Shown here: piece by piece, positions 25,201 to 38,000 of the stretch
How positions within the stretch are numbered: the first letter of the stretch is position 1
Layout of the letters: every line of letters starts with the position of its first letter
Source of the DNA: Phaeosaccion multiseriatum
Lineage: Eukaryota > Protista > Ochrophyta, other classes
Assembly: GCA_965112735.1 (NCBI GenBank)
Contig: OZ218950.1
Coordinates: 4,464,001 to 4,528,000, forward strand
Length of the DNA stretch: 64,000 nt
Direction: 5' to 3'
Made by a program: the position numbers and the translations under genes
Notes under the pieces: generated by a model
Told to the model about the DNA's origin: nothing
Seen by the model: the letters and a program-made list of their open reading frames with translations, nothing else
The model's database searches: none

Positions 25201-27218
25201 GGGGTGGACATGGGGAGGAGGGGAGGAAAGGGTTCAGTTAGACCAGGGCATGAGAAATAAAGGGGTAGGCAGGGTATTAGATTATCCCCCCCCCTCTCCC
25301 TCCTCCCTCGCTCCCCATTCCTCCCGCTCCTCCTCCCCCCCAACTCTTCACCCCTTCCTCTCTCCCTCCCTCCCTCCCCGCTCCCCACCCCCGGCGTCCC
25401 TCAACTCACCAGGCTCTCCCCGTCCTCCATGTCCGGCAGCGGGTACCTCCTGGCCCCAAACGCGTCCGACACCTTCTTGATACGCCCCTCAATGGCCTTA
25501 CTCTTAAAGAACACAATGAACATAGTCTTCTCCACCTCCTCCCCCGTCACTGGGTCTTCAATCCGCCTCTCAAGGTCAGAGAAGAGCACGTAGCAGTTGC
25601 CCCTGGTGGTGCGGTGTAACTGTCGCTCAAAGGAGCTCTTGTCGGAGCGTGTCAGGACCCCAGCGATGGACGTGAAGCGCATTTCGGAGTCGCGCGCGGA
25701 TCCTTGCTGTTCCATTAGACGCATGTCCAAACGAGACAAGACAATACATGAGCTCGATATCCTGACACCAGATACGTGGCCTCTTTTTTGTATATCCATT
25801 CCCCCCAAACTTCAACTTCCCCCCCCCCGACCATCCAAACGCCTCCCACTTGTCCAATGCGCTCCCACACACATGCACTCACGCATCCACACACACATGC
25901 ACGCACGCATCCACACACACACAACCACAAACACCCACACACACACGCACGCACGCACACACCTGCACGCTGGACTGGTAGCCCCTTGTCCCCGTGCTCT
26001 GCTCCTCGATCTGAATGCGAGGGATCTCCGTGCTGAAGAAAGTCTTGGACTTGAGTAGCACTTCTTGGAACTCCACCTTTTCGTTGTACTCCGTTGTCAG
26101 CACCTCACTGGGAGAGAGAGAGAGACAAAGAGAGAGACAGATGCGTTGATGCAAGGGGGAAGTGATTCGCGAGGGATCAATTGCAGGGGATTGGGATTTT
26201 GGGGGCAAGAGCAGTGAGGAGAGGGGAGAGAAAAGGAACGAGAAGAATTAGAGACAGTCATGCAGTGAATGCTGGTGGGGATTCTCTCCCTTCTCCCTTC
26301 TTGTCCCACGTCCACTCTTGTGCATCCCCCATCCACTGCCATCCACTGCCACAATCAACATCCTATGCTATTAACAAACAAAAACAGAGTCCCGCAGGAG
26401 TGAGGCGAGATCAGATTTTTTCTTCATGTTTTCGCTATCCCTGTTTGGAACATGGATGGAAGCAGATATCGTATGTGACCCTACCCTTACTCTTGCTTAC
26501 CTGTATCTGTTGAGGTCTAGCAGCTGCTGCTCCTTCTGGTCCAGTTCTCCCTCGATCCAGTCCAGGAGGTGCAAGCCCGACTTGGCGTCGGCATTGCCGC
26601 CTCCTAAGCGCGAGGAAGCGGCCACAAACTCGTCCACAGAGCCTGGGAGGAAGGAAGGGAGGGAAGGAGCACATAGAGCGGTGAAAAACAGGGACCCCAA
26701 CAAGGACAATCCATAGCAGGCAAGAGCGGAGGCGGTAGCGTGCAGGAATACCTTCTTGCAGCATGAGGCATCTCGGAATCTCCATCGAACAAACAACGCC
26801 GCCGCCCTCGCCGTCGAACCGCAGCAACAGTAACAGCAGTAGAGTATGGTTATCAACGACAGCACAGCCGACCGACTCCACTTCCACCCCCCCCCCCCTT
26901 CTTCTCCCTCTCGAAGCACCAAAGACGGCCCACACCCAAACTCCGCTCCGGTTAGGTACGCGAAATCTTACCCGCCGGGGCGATCTGAAGCTTAAACTTG
27001 GCCACTTCATCGCCAAAGAACTTGAGCTGGCGCTCCACCTCGTCGATCCTCTTCACATAGGCAACGTAGCGACGCTGGAATGGCGTGAGCTCCGGGTTGA
27101 GGTCTGTGAACTGCACCGTGCCCATGCGGCCGAGCTCCAGGATGCAGTTGTGGGCGGCGTCCTCGTTGACAATGATGGAGATGTACGTCATGTCGTTGGA
27201 GCGGAACCATGACGCCAT
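22218..27218 (-). CDS. V-type H+-ATPase V0 subunit a (multi-exon)
   Basis: [10 protein letters not shown]...[141 protein letters not shown]|RFQP. Confidence 0.96.
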
Positions 27219-28000
27219 CTTGTTGCGTGCTCACGCAAACGCAGCAGTGGCGCAAGCGAACCACCAAGCTGTTGCTGACGGGTGGGGCGGGCGGGTGCCT
27301 GTGAGGGTGGTTGGAGAGTGGAAAGACAGCGAGGCAGGCCACGGGAGAGGTACAGAGACCCTCGCTTGTTAGAGTAAACTCGGAAAGAAGCGGTGTGGGA
27401 GGTGGCAACAGAAAAGGGTACCGTGGGTAAACAACGAGGATCCGCAAACGTCTCTGCTGCTGCTGCTGCTGCTGCTTTGGAAATACAAAACTAGGGGCAA
27501 AAAGACCAATGCAGCACAACCACTCATCTAGCACCTCATGCTACTGCTTAAAGAGTCTTCTACATTGTACAGAGGGTCCACAAAATCCCTCTCCCTTCCT
27601 CTTCCCCTTCCGCCCCCTCCCTCGCGTCTTCGTCACTGGGCGAGGAGCCTTCCGGCCCATCCCGATATGATGCAACAGCCCAAGAGAGTGAGCATGACAT
27701 TAACAACCCTATTCTTTCCCTCCACACCCGATAGCCTCTCTCTCTCTAAAGAGAGAGGAGGGAGAGAAGATGAAGAAAGAAAAGGGAGAGGGGCGAGGTT
27801 TCTCCCTTCACAATGCTCCATCAGCAGCGCCTACTCGCTACATTCATCTATAGGCCTCGATCCTCCTGTCGCCGCCATCCATTCCTCACTACTCACCTCG
27901 CTTACCGCTCTCTCCTCTTCTACCGGGGCGTCGTCCAAGAACTCCCCCGGGGGGGGTGCATCACCAACATGCGAGCCTGTGAGACGACAACTGAAACTGA

Positions 28001-28022
28001 TTTTTTTTTTTTTTTTTTTTTT
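28001..28022. repeat. Poly(T) tract (about 22 nt) at the left edge of the retroelement-like island
   Basis: Uninterrupted T run where composition switches to the C/A-rich island. Confidence 0.7.
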
Positions 28023-28399
28023 CACTTCGTTCCAAGCTCCGAAGGAAAAAAATTCCTCTTCCCGCCAACGCAGAGACACCCGGACACGCTCACGCACCGC
28101 TAGCACAGCGCCTGCAGCACGGAGACGAACACCTCCCCTACTCACCAGCCGGAGGCCGTAAATTCTTCCGGCGCTGGCAGGCTGGCAGAGGAGCAGCACG
28201 CCAACAACATCAACAGCAACAAGACGAGGCGACGTAGTGACGACCACCCCCACTCGCAGGGGCAGCACCCGCTCCCCGCGCCGATGGAGCCGGTCGCACT
28301 CCTGCCCTCTCGCCAGACTCCACCACCGCCGCTCCCACCACTCGAAACCACCTCCTCCAGCAGGCCACCCCATCTTTCTCCCCTACGGCCAGGCACTCT

Positions 28400-30253
28400 C
28401 CATGGCCACGGAGTATCAATGCTGCTTCCCTGACTGCACCCGCCACCGACCAGTACTCCTCGGACATAAAAGCTCACCGGCACGTCAGCGACCACCAACG
28501 CCGGGACGACCCCAACCAAGGCCGCGCCTACCAATCGCCTACCTCCAGCGAGCAGAACCTGCTGCCCTCCACACCCTGGACATGGTGCAGAACCTTCGCT
28601 CCCCACGCTCACACACCGATTCCGTTTCCCGCCCGACCTACGTCTGCTCCTCCTGCAAAGACTTCAGCGCCACAAGTGTCCAGCCAACCGGGCACGTGCA
28701 GCACTTGCGCCACACGCCATCCCCCATCCCCCTCCCGCCCCAGCGACGAGGAGGAGGAGGAGGAGGAGGAGTCTAAAACATGATGACACCCACCCTCAGG
28801 AGAGCAAGGAAGACGACTCCGAAGCCCCATCACCACCCACGGAGCCAACGCCACTGGCCAGACAAGACACTGCCCCACGCAGGGGCCATGCCGACAGCCT
28901 CCAACACCCCCCCCCCCCAGGGGGAAGGGGAAAGCGACCCACCTGAAGGCCCACCAGGGAGCCCGCCTCCCAGCCCCCCCGCCTCTCCCCCCGGCACATC
29001 TCCTGACGACCCGGACGCCAACGACGACCAAGACCTCCAAGCGGAGGAGGGTCGCTGCCTGTACTGCAAAGACATCCTCGCAGACGACCTCTCCATCCCT
29101 TTCCACACAGGCGTCCCGCGAACACACCACAGCCCACGCACGCTTCATCGCCGGCGCCATCTACAGCGCCACCGCCGACGACAACCTACACACCAGCTGC
29201 GGCCTCTGCCGCGTCCCGGAGCTCAACGACCTCATCGCCCGCCTGCCCCCGGACATAGCCCTCCGCCTCCACGAACGCCTAACGGATGCACAGGCGCAAC
29301 CACCACCCCCCCAACCACCCGCCCCTGTCGGCCCGGTCTGCCACATCTGCGGCGAGCCCACCCGCGTCGGAGCAGCGATCTCCCTCTCTTGCGGCCACAG
29401 CTTCCATCACCGATGCCAGGCAGGCAGCATGGCCGACAGGGTGGCCACCCCCGTCCTCCAAGACCTCCACCTGGACGCCGTTGGCCGACTCCGCTGTGTC
29501 AGCGCCATCCACCAACGCGCCGGAAACGTAGCCTGCCCCACGCGCTTCCAAGTGCTCATCACTGTCGACAACATCAGGACCCAGTACGACGACGAGCTCG
29601 CCGCCGGGCTCCACACACCGGAGCAGCATGCTCAGCTCGCACAGACACTGGACGACCTCACCGCCGCCGTGACCGACCACCACCGACGACATCTACCCGC
29701 CCCAGGAGGAGGGCCGCGGGCAGCACAGGGGGAGGACGCGGAGGCGCCCGCACCAGAAGCGAAGGGGCTGCGCTTACGGACCTGTTTGACGATGGGGAAG
29801 ATAAGTCCGCGGAGGTCGAGTCGTGCAAGTCCCTGGATGGTAGGGTGGTCGTGGGTCCAGTGTGGAAGAGGGCAAAGAACACACCGGACCCCCAACCACC
29901 CCACGATCCAGGGACTTGCACGACTCGATCTCCGCGGACTTGTCTTCCCCACCGTCAAACAGGTCCGCAAGCGCAGCCCCTTCGCTACCTTCTACCTCCA
30001 CATCACCCGGCAAGTCGTCCACTCCATCCACGCTGCCATGGAGCCGGCTGCGCGACAGGACGCCTGGGACACTGTTCGGGCCTGGATCAACTTCCGGCAT
30101 CTCCTCCTTGCGCTCATCTTCGGCCAAGCTCCCAAGCACTCGCGCGCACGGATGGCCACCGACGTCCACAACCTCGACATCGGAGCACGTCCGCCGGCTC
30201 ATCGCAAACGCCCAAGGCCGCCGACCCCGACAGAGCGTCCACCTTACTTCTAG
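28400..30253 (+). mobile_element. Frameshifted remnant encoding C2H2-like fingers, two RING-like domains and a CRE-like pre-RT region; probable 5' part of a non-LTR retrotransposon (alternatively a RING pseudogene)
   Basis: Across frames: YQCCFPDC, YVCSSCKDF...HVQHLRH, RCLYCKDILADD...HTTAHAR...SCGLCR, VCHICGEPTRVGAAISLSCGHSFHHRC...C, then TVKQVRKRSPFATFY...AWINFRHLLLALIFG. Intron-free, strongly C-rich sense strand, multiple frameshifts, internal fold-back. No RT is seen. Confidence 0.5.
29759..29985. repeat. Fold-back palindrome, about 105-bp arms, about 15-nt loop, about 9 mismatches
   Basis: gcgaaggggctgcgcttacggacc...gggtccagtgtg, loop gaagagggcaaagaa, then cacaccggacccc...gcgcagccccttcgc. 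Confidence 0.9.
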
Positions 30254-30361
30254 AACCTCAGAACGTCCGCCTGGACACCCAGGCGAGATGGTCCCTTATG
30301 GGGGGTATGACGAGGGGGGGCGAGGATCCGTATCTCTCTCTTTAGCTTTCCTCTTCCAGGC

Positions 30362-30496
30362 CTAGCTGCCCTCCTTGTTCTTCTCCTTCATGGCCTCTTC
30401 ATGTGGCTTAAACACGTCCTTGAATATGTAAATGCCACTCGCCACGCCCACGACGGAGGCCAGCACAAGGGGTGCAATGGCGATCCTTTTGGCCAT
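30362..30496 (-). CDS. 44-aa single-pass membrane microprotein, PIGBOS1-like
   Basis: MAKRIAIAPLVLASVVGVASGIYIFKDVFKPHEEAMKEKNKEGS: basic N-terminus, TM helix with G-x-x-x-G-x-YIF, charged tail. Aligns without gaps to human PIGBOS1 as I recall it. In-frame upstream ATGs exist, so the start is inferred. Confidence 0.65.
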   Translation of the reverse strand: MAKRIAIAPLVLASVVGVASGIYIFKDVFKPHEEAMKEKNKEGS

Positions 30497-33400
30497 GATC
30501 GCCCCCACCTTGTCTCCCATCCGAGGTGCCTGGCGCGCACCCCCTCCCTCCCTTGCCGCCGTCCGTGCCTCTACTACACCTGCTGCCGAGGGCCTCCAAG
30601 GTGGGCTTACTGTTGCTCCTGTGGCTCCTGCTGCAGTTGCCGGGTTGGCTCCCTTGCCGAAGCGCCCCTTCCTCCCGCCTCGCCGATAAGGGCCCATTAT
30701 ATTCTCCTCAGTTCCTTGGGTCAAGGAAGTGGCTTAGACTGGTGCAAGGAGGAGCACCTGTAAAGGAGGGGAAGCGGTGATACCTTTTCCTTTCACAATC
30801 CTTTCACCCCCCTTGTATGTCAATTAACCGCCCTGGATGTCAGTAGAAGATCAGTAGAATCAACATTTTGAGTGGGCTCAGGAAAAGGGGTATTACGCAC
30901 GCTACAGAGCACCACAGGCGAAGCACTTCGGAAGATCTGAGGCAAAGACCATATTCTAGATGTTGAGCAGCTTAAAGGCTGATTGTTGCGTCTGTATAGA
31001 GCGATTTAGGAGGCGAAATGTGCTGCTATGTTGACGAGATCTTTGCCCCTGAACAAGGGAGAAAGAGAGAGGCGTAGCTCACACAAGAGGTGATAATCTT
31101 CGGGCTGAATACGGATTACGTAGTCAAATAGCCGATGTGAAGCTGGGAGCGCGGTCTTAGGAGATAGTGGGCTAACATGTGGAGCTGAAATGTCCGTTGC
31201 TTTGGCGGGAATTTGGGCCTCAAACAAGGGGGGAGTGGGGGAAGAGCGTGTGCGAGCAAGAGCCCATGAGGGAGGAATGGCTTTGAGCAGACTGCGACCC
31301 ACATATGGAAGTCGACGTTGAGCAGCTAAGAGTGCGATTGCAGGTGCTGTGGAGCAGAAGGGGTGAGGCGAGATGGAAACACTTATGGCAGCAGTTTTCA
31401 CCTCAAAAATGGTGAGGAGAGGGAGGAGCGTGTGCGACCAGCAGACCACGAGATATGAAACCCTTGAGTAGACTTGAGGGAAACATAGTCTGCCGACTGC
31501 TGGGCAACTCGAAGTGTCCTTTCAGGAGCTACAGAGTGAGGGAGAGAATTTACAAGTGTGAAGGGCCCCTTTTCGTCGTCATCCTGACCCTCGATCGAGG
31601 GGGAAGAGAGGGTATGACGATAGATATGGGCCAGATACAACGCGAGGCTATACCTCATGACCATGCGCCGATTTGGTACTCTTTACATGCTCTCCTTGGC
31701 GAGGATGCGATTTACAACGCTATCTATGTGCATATTCGTCATTTTAACCCAATTTCACGGATGGGCAGCTCCAACTGTACACACACTGCCCCTCCTCCCC
31801 TTATCGGTGCTGCTACGGCTACTACTACTATAGATGCTGCACGAGGCTCCGTCTTACCTGCGAAATCCGTCTCGGTAGCCCGCCAAGCCCTCCTCTGGCA
31901 GCTCCTAACCCCCCTGCCACGGCCTCCACCCCACTTTCTCTGCATACAGGGCGGTCAGCGACTTGAGTATGGCCTTGCGGCTCATCGCCCTGTCGCCCCT
32001 GAGTCACAATCGCTTCTCGACCATGTGCCACGACGAGCACCACCACCCACAGCAACAGCACGCTACCTCCCCCCCCCCCTTCTCCGGCTCAGCTCCCACG
32101 GCCGCCTCGGCTGCCGATGGCGCACCCAGCTGCCGCTTGATTGAGCTTCTCTCACTCGTGGCTGGGAGGCTAGAGTACGAGCACGCTCATCCGCAGTAGC
32201 CAAGAGGACCTGCAGATGATCTTGTAGCAACGGCGTCTCCTGGGGTGGACGACGAGGCGGATAAGCTTGACTCCTATCTGGACGCCTGTTTCTCATCCCC
32301 CCGCTCGTCTTGCCACTGCTGCTCGTGAAATCCTTACTCCTTCCCCTTTAGCTCCCTGTAGTGAGGCAAGATGGTTGCCGCAGTCGTTCTCCTGCCCCGG
32401 TAATACCCCTCGTGATAACCTAACCACAGGGGCCAAAATAAGGGAGGTAAACATAGTGGTGATTTCCCATGTCTTGTTAAGCTCGCTGAAGCTGAAAGTT
32501 CGACATCTGACAGCTCACACACTAGATGCCACAACACACCTTGTGTCGCCCTTGACTCCGCCGGGAAGGTTCCATTCCCTTTCCTCTCCAGCCTCATACT
32601 TCCCCACCTATGCAGTGACATCGGGGGAGGATGTCGAAGTCCCCCCGATAGCCCCACCACCCACGTCCCGCAATAACAGGGGGCAGGGGAGTTAGTATAA
32701 CGCCCCTTAAGCAAGACCGATGCTCTGACGGGGCATGGGATCGGCCGCTCATGACCTCACAAAAAGGGCCCTTCAAAGGCAGAAGAGAAGGGAGTACACG
32801 TATGCGATTTTGCACATGGGATTATGACCTTTGAGGCTAAAACTTGGTCACAAGCCAGGCTATATATGAGTGATGTTGATCCCTCTTGCCCCGCTCGTAA
32901 CTGCCAGGCGAAGCCTTCCATCTCACGCCCTCTCCCCCTCTCGTGCGCCCTCACCTTTTCGGCCACCTCGGGTGACGACCTGCGATAGACCTCTTGCCCT
33001 CCGCCCATGGACAGCGGCGGTACGGGGGTCATCAGACGTGTCCTGCGGACGAGATGACGCCCTGATGGGCCCTGAAAATCGGTAGAATAGAGCAGCGTCC
33101 ACGTCCCAGAGACAGGCAACTGTGAAGATGGAGTACCCTAACTTCAGGGGCAAAATTGCCAACGAGCTGGAGGCGGAAGAGCATGCGGTGCATATGAAAA
33201 GTTTCGTATACTCCTGGAGAAGAGATCCTATCTTGCCCACGGCTTATCTCTATGGGTATACCCCCCTCCGTCCTCTCTCTCTCTCGAAACCAAGGTTGGC
33301 GAAAAACGTACCTTTGCCGCTCACCCGCTAATTCTTGCCACAAAGCTGCTGCGAGCACGCTCTCAGCTGCCTAATCCCGAGTTCACTGTGTTTTCCTCAA

Positions 33401-33785
33401 GCTTGCGCAAGCGCTTCGTCTGGGATAGTCCTTGTATCTAGTATTCATCTCCTCCCTCACGCGCCCCAGCCGATGAAAAAAAATGACAAAAAAATTTCGA
33501 TCCTACTGACATCCAGGGCGGTTAATTGACATACAAGGGTCATTTCACATCATTAGCTTATTCTCATCCCCCTCCCCACCTACTCTCGTGTGATTCTGCA
33601 TGTCTGCGCCCACCACACTCCTTCGCGCTGTCGCTCTCACTGATAAGTAACAGAACTGCATCTCGCAATGAAATAGTAAGCCGTAGTGAGATAGCTGGCT
33701 CCCTTAGGGTAGAAGTAGAGAAGGTCCGACTGATAAGGGGCTATCAGGGGCTGGGGGGTGGACCTCGAGGGCTTACACGCACAAA

Positions 33786-35028
33786 ATGGCGGAATCGGTT
33801 CTGGAATCCGTGCTGGGCGGCATACGAGAGGTAGATGAGGACATATTCGAGTACCTTAAGGGGATAGTGGGCGACACGGAGACCCATGGCTGCGATCCAG
33901 AACTACTGACAGAGAGCGTGGGGCCCTTCTTGCTGAGCTCGGGGTGGCTCGACACCGAAGAGGAGGCCGACGCCAAGTGCAAGGAGCTGGCCATGCAGCT
34001 ACAGGTGTGTTCGGCCGCGCGTGTTGCTGCTTGCTGCGTGGTGCTGTTAAGGGGCATACACCATCTTGGGGAAGGGTCTTTGGATGAGAAGGAGAGAGAT
34101 GCCCAGTTCGCTCACTCCTGTTCTGCCGCCAATGGCTCCTCTTTGCTAGGCACTCGCACGAGCTGTGGCAAGCTTCTGCTCATTCTGCTGCTACTACTAC
34201 TGCTGCTGCTCTTAAATCTCTTCCCTCCAACCTCCGCCCTTCCTTGTTCTCTGCCACCATCACACAGGAGGCACTGGGAATGTCCTCTGGTGCGGCCCCC
34301 GCCGGGGACGAGGAGTACCAGCCAAAGTTACTAGACAATGTGGTGAAGATCAAGGATCAGGAGGCGTCCAACCAGGCAGAGCTCGACTACATGTGGGGGA
34401 CAGACAAGGTGGGGACACAAACAAGGGGGCGGCACCTGTCCACCTGCGATGTAGGCGTAGAAGGAGGGAGGGGAAGGTCAATTGTTGATTTCATGATTGG
34501 ACTTCGCAGTCAGTCACAGTGTTTCGAGTCCGCCCTTTTGGTCGGCGTGTACGCAGTCCGTGTACCACTTGGTGTTTCTGTGTCCACCTGTCGTTGCTAT
34601 TACGATACCGCTTTCTCGCACCACCCAAACCAACCAACCCCCCTACCCCACCTGCACACACACACGTCAACGAAACACGACCCCGCGCGCGCGCACACAC
34701 ACACACACACACAGGTGCGAGAAAAGTACAATCAGCACCACGAGGGCTTTGAAAAGATCTCAAAGAAGGACAAGCGCAAGATGGAGCAGGAGCTCGACCG
34801 ACAGCTCAAGGAGCTAGAGAACCTCAACGGGACGTCCAACGACGACGCCGGCGAAGTACACATGATGGTGCTACCGGACTACTCGTCCGGCAACAATGAG
34901 AAGGACATCAACGTGCAGAACTTTGGTCTGCATTGTGGTAGTTTGGAGCTGCTGGAAGGGGCGGACCTCAAGCTTGCCTTCGGGAGGAAGTACGGCATCG
35001 TGGGCAAGAACGGCATCGGAAAGGTGTG

Positions 35029-35062
<34 letters not shown>

Positions 35063-38000
35063 TCTGAGAGGTATGCCCTCCTACTGAGATACATCTGCGT
35101 GTGGCCTTCTTCTCCTCTACAAGGGGTGGTAAGGGAGGAGGCTGACTGCAGCAGCAGGTCCTTTGTGCTGCATCTGCCGCCTTTCATGGCTGTGTGGGCT
35201 TGCCCCCGCTCCCCCCTTACCCCGCTCTCGTGTCCTCACGCCCTCCCACCTCTTTTGTCGCCCCGCTTCCCCACACCCGCCGTACTCATCACTCACTCAC
35301 TCACTCACTCCCAAACGCAAACACAGACCACCCTCCTTCGCCACATTGCTGCGTACGACATCGAGGGCTTCCCTAGACACCACAGAGTCTTGCACGTGCA
35401 GCAGGAGATTCGGGCCTCGGACAAGAGTGTGCTGCAGGTGGGATGAGTTGGGTTGAGCTGAATTGACCCAAATTGACCCAAATTGGCCCACAGGGGGGAG
35501 GGGGCTGGGCATGAGTTGAGCATTTGAGTTAAGTTGACTCATAGGCCACAGGTGAAGTATTCATTGGCTGTCTATTGAGTCTCTCTCTCTCTCTCTGTCT
35601 GTCTCTTGATTGGTAGTTTCGTAATCGTAGTGGATGAGTGAGAAGGTCATCTACTTAAACACTCAAACAAACTCCCACTGCTCTTGCTGCAGGTGGTGCT
35701 GGACAGTGACGTTGAGCGGACAATGCTCATGAAGGAGGAGAAGGACATTCTCGAGAGGCAGCAGCAGCCAGAGGCAGAGACACCGCCGGTTGGGGGCGGG
35801 GAAGGAGGAGACGGGGGTGGGGAAGGAGATGGCGCTGCTGCTGGTGCCGCTACTGCTGCAACCTCCAATTCTTCGGCGGTGGAGGATTCCAAGCGGCTGG
35901 GAGAGATCTACGAGCGACTGGGCTGTATCGACGCTCACACCGCGGAGGCTCGAGCTGCCACCATTCTCACTGGCCTGGGCTTTAGCGTGGACATGCAGAA
36001 CGGACGGACCGACGCCCTGTCTGGGGGCTGGAGGATGCGTGTGGCCATCGCGGGGGCGCTCTTCATTCAGCCCGACTTGCTCATGCTGGACGAGCCTACC
36101 AATGTGAGTGTCAAGAGTTGGTTGATTGATTGATTGATTGATTGATTTCATTGCGATGATTGGTTGGTTGGTTGGCTGGTTGATTCGCGAGGGTGTCCAT
36201 TCATGTCGGTCGTACACGACGAACAGAGCTGATTGCTCTGCACACGTTCTTCGTTGCCGAAGGTGTTTGGGTTTTGGTTGCTTCCGTGGCCCTCCCTCTG
36301 TAACGATACCCATCTTGTCCCTCCCTTCCCCGCGGTCGGTGTCTTGCTTATCAATCCATCTATCTAACTATATATCATCTCTTCATCCATGTACCTACAG
36401 CATTTGGATCTGGAGGCAGTGCTGTGGCTGCAAGATTATCTCACGGTGAGTTTGAAAGGAGGCGACGAATGGAAGGGGGGGGGGTGCTCTCACCTCTTCT
36501 TTGAACCCAACCAACCCACTTTGGTGTCTGGTGATGAATGGGAAGTTTGTAGGGGTTGTCTGGGATGGAGGGGAAGTGTGCAGGGGTTTTCTGATTCTCT
36601 GATGCTTCAAAAATGTTTTAATTAAACTATGATTCGACCTCTAAAGGGTCGCCGTGCTTCAAACCACTCTTTTGCTGAGAATCAACATTGCTACCAAGCT
36701 GGTACCGCAAAGATAACCCACCTTGCCGCGCTTTTTTCCCGTCTGCGTAGCACAAATGCGCTTGCTTTGATTTGAATGAATTAAAAACAACAACAAAAAT
36801 TCTCCCTCCCTTTTTCTTTCTCCCTCTCCCTCTCTCTATACATACATCCCCCCCGCTCTGTCCCTCTCTCCCTCTTATTCAGAACTACCCCAAGACGCTG
36901 ATGCTTGTGTCGCACGACCGAGCCTTCCTGAACGAGGTCTCCACAGACATCGTGCTCTTCTTCGACCGCAAGCTCCTGTACTACAGAGGAGACTTCTCCT
37001 CCTACGAGGCAGTGAGAGGGGAGCAGCTCAAGCAGCAGAGGAGGGCATACGAGGCACAGCTCGCGAAGAAGGAGCACATGCAGGTATATGGGTAGGTGCA
37101 GGTGTAGCGGACAGGGGGCAGGAGGCAGAGTAGGGGTGCGGAGTGTGGGCGGGACAGTGGAACAGGGGGGAAGGTTGCACGTCCATACATCTATTCCATC
37201 GAAACCATTGTCTGACTGTCTGTCTGTCTGTCTGTCTGGGTGTCCGCGTGTGTGTGCGCGCGTGTGTGTGCGTGTGTGCGTGTGTGTGTTGCAGGAGTTT
37301 ATCACAAAATTCCGCTACAATGCCAAGCGGGCCAGTCTGGTGCAGAGTCGCATCAAGGCCATGGAGAAGCTCGAGGAGCTCGAGAATGTTGACGATGAGA
37401 AGCCGTTCGAGTTCTCCCTCGCTGACCCAGGAGCCATGGGACGGCCCCTCTTGCAGATTGAGGGGGTCACTTTTGGGTTTGATGAGAATAGGCCGCTCTT
37501 CACTGACGTGCATTTTGGAGTGGATATGGACAGCAGGATTGGGGTGAGTGGAGGGAGGAGAGTCTATCTAGCGAGAGGTCAACCCGCTCACAGTCCTCGA
37601 TTTCGATTTGCTTTTGCTCTTGGGGTTGTTGTTGTTGCTGTCATATGGTGTGTGTGTGTGTGCAAAGATTGTGGGGCCGAATGGAGCGGGCAAGTCGACG
37701 CTACTCAACCTCATCGTGGACAAGCTCAGGCCCATCGACGGACAGGTGTTGCGCCACACGGGGCTCAAGATTGCCACCTTTACCCAGCACCACGCCGAGC
37801 AATTCGACTACCGGTACGACGCCGTCACAAACTTGATCAAGCTCTTCCCAGGTACAGGGGAGCAGGAGGCGAGGAGCTTCCTTGGTCGCTTCAACATAGG
37901 GGGTGACCTTGCCGTGCGGCCGCTCAAGTTTTTGTCGGGGGGGCAGAAGAGCCGAGTGGCCTTCGCGGCGCTGGCCTACAAGAAGCCTCACGTGTGCATT

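Noticed and set aside
28780-30345. 521-aa Pro/Arg-rich ORF as a real gene
   Set aside because: It stays open because of C-rich composition. The recognisable Zn-binding motifs hop between frames, and the ORF runs through the fold-back.
36612-36792. AT-rich intron segment with about 10-bp imperfect terminal inverted repeats (possible MITE)
   Set aside because: The repeats are short and low-complexity, with no clear target-site duplication or second copy in the window.
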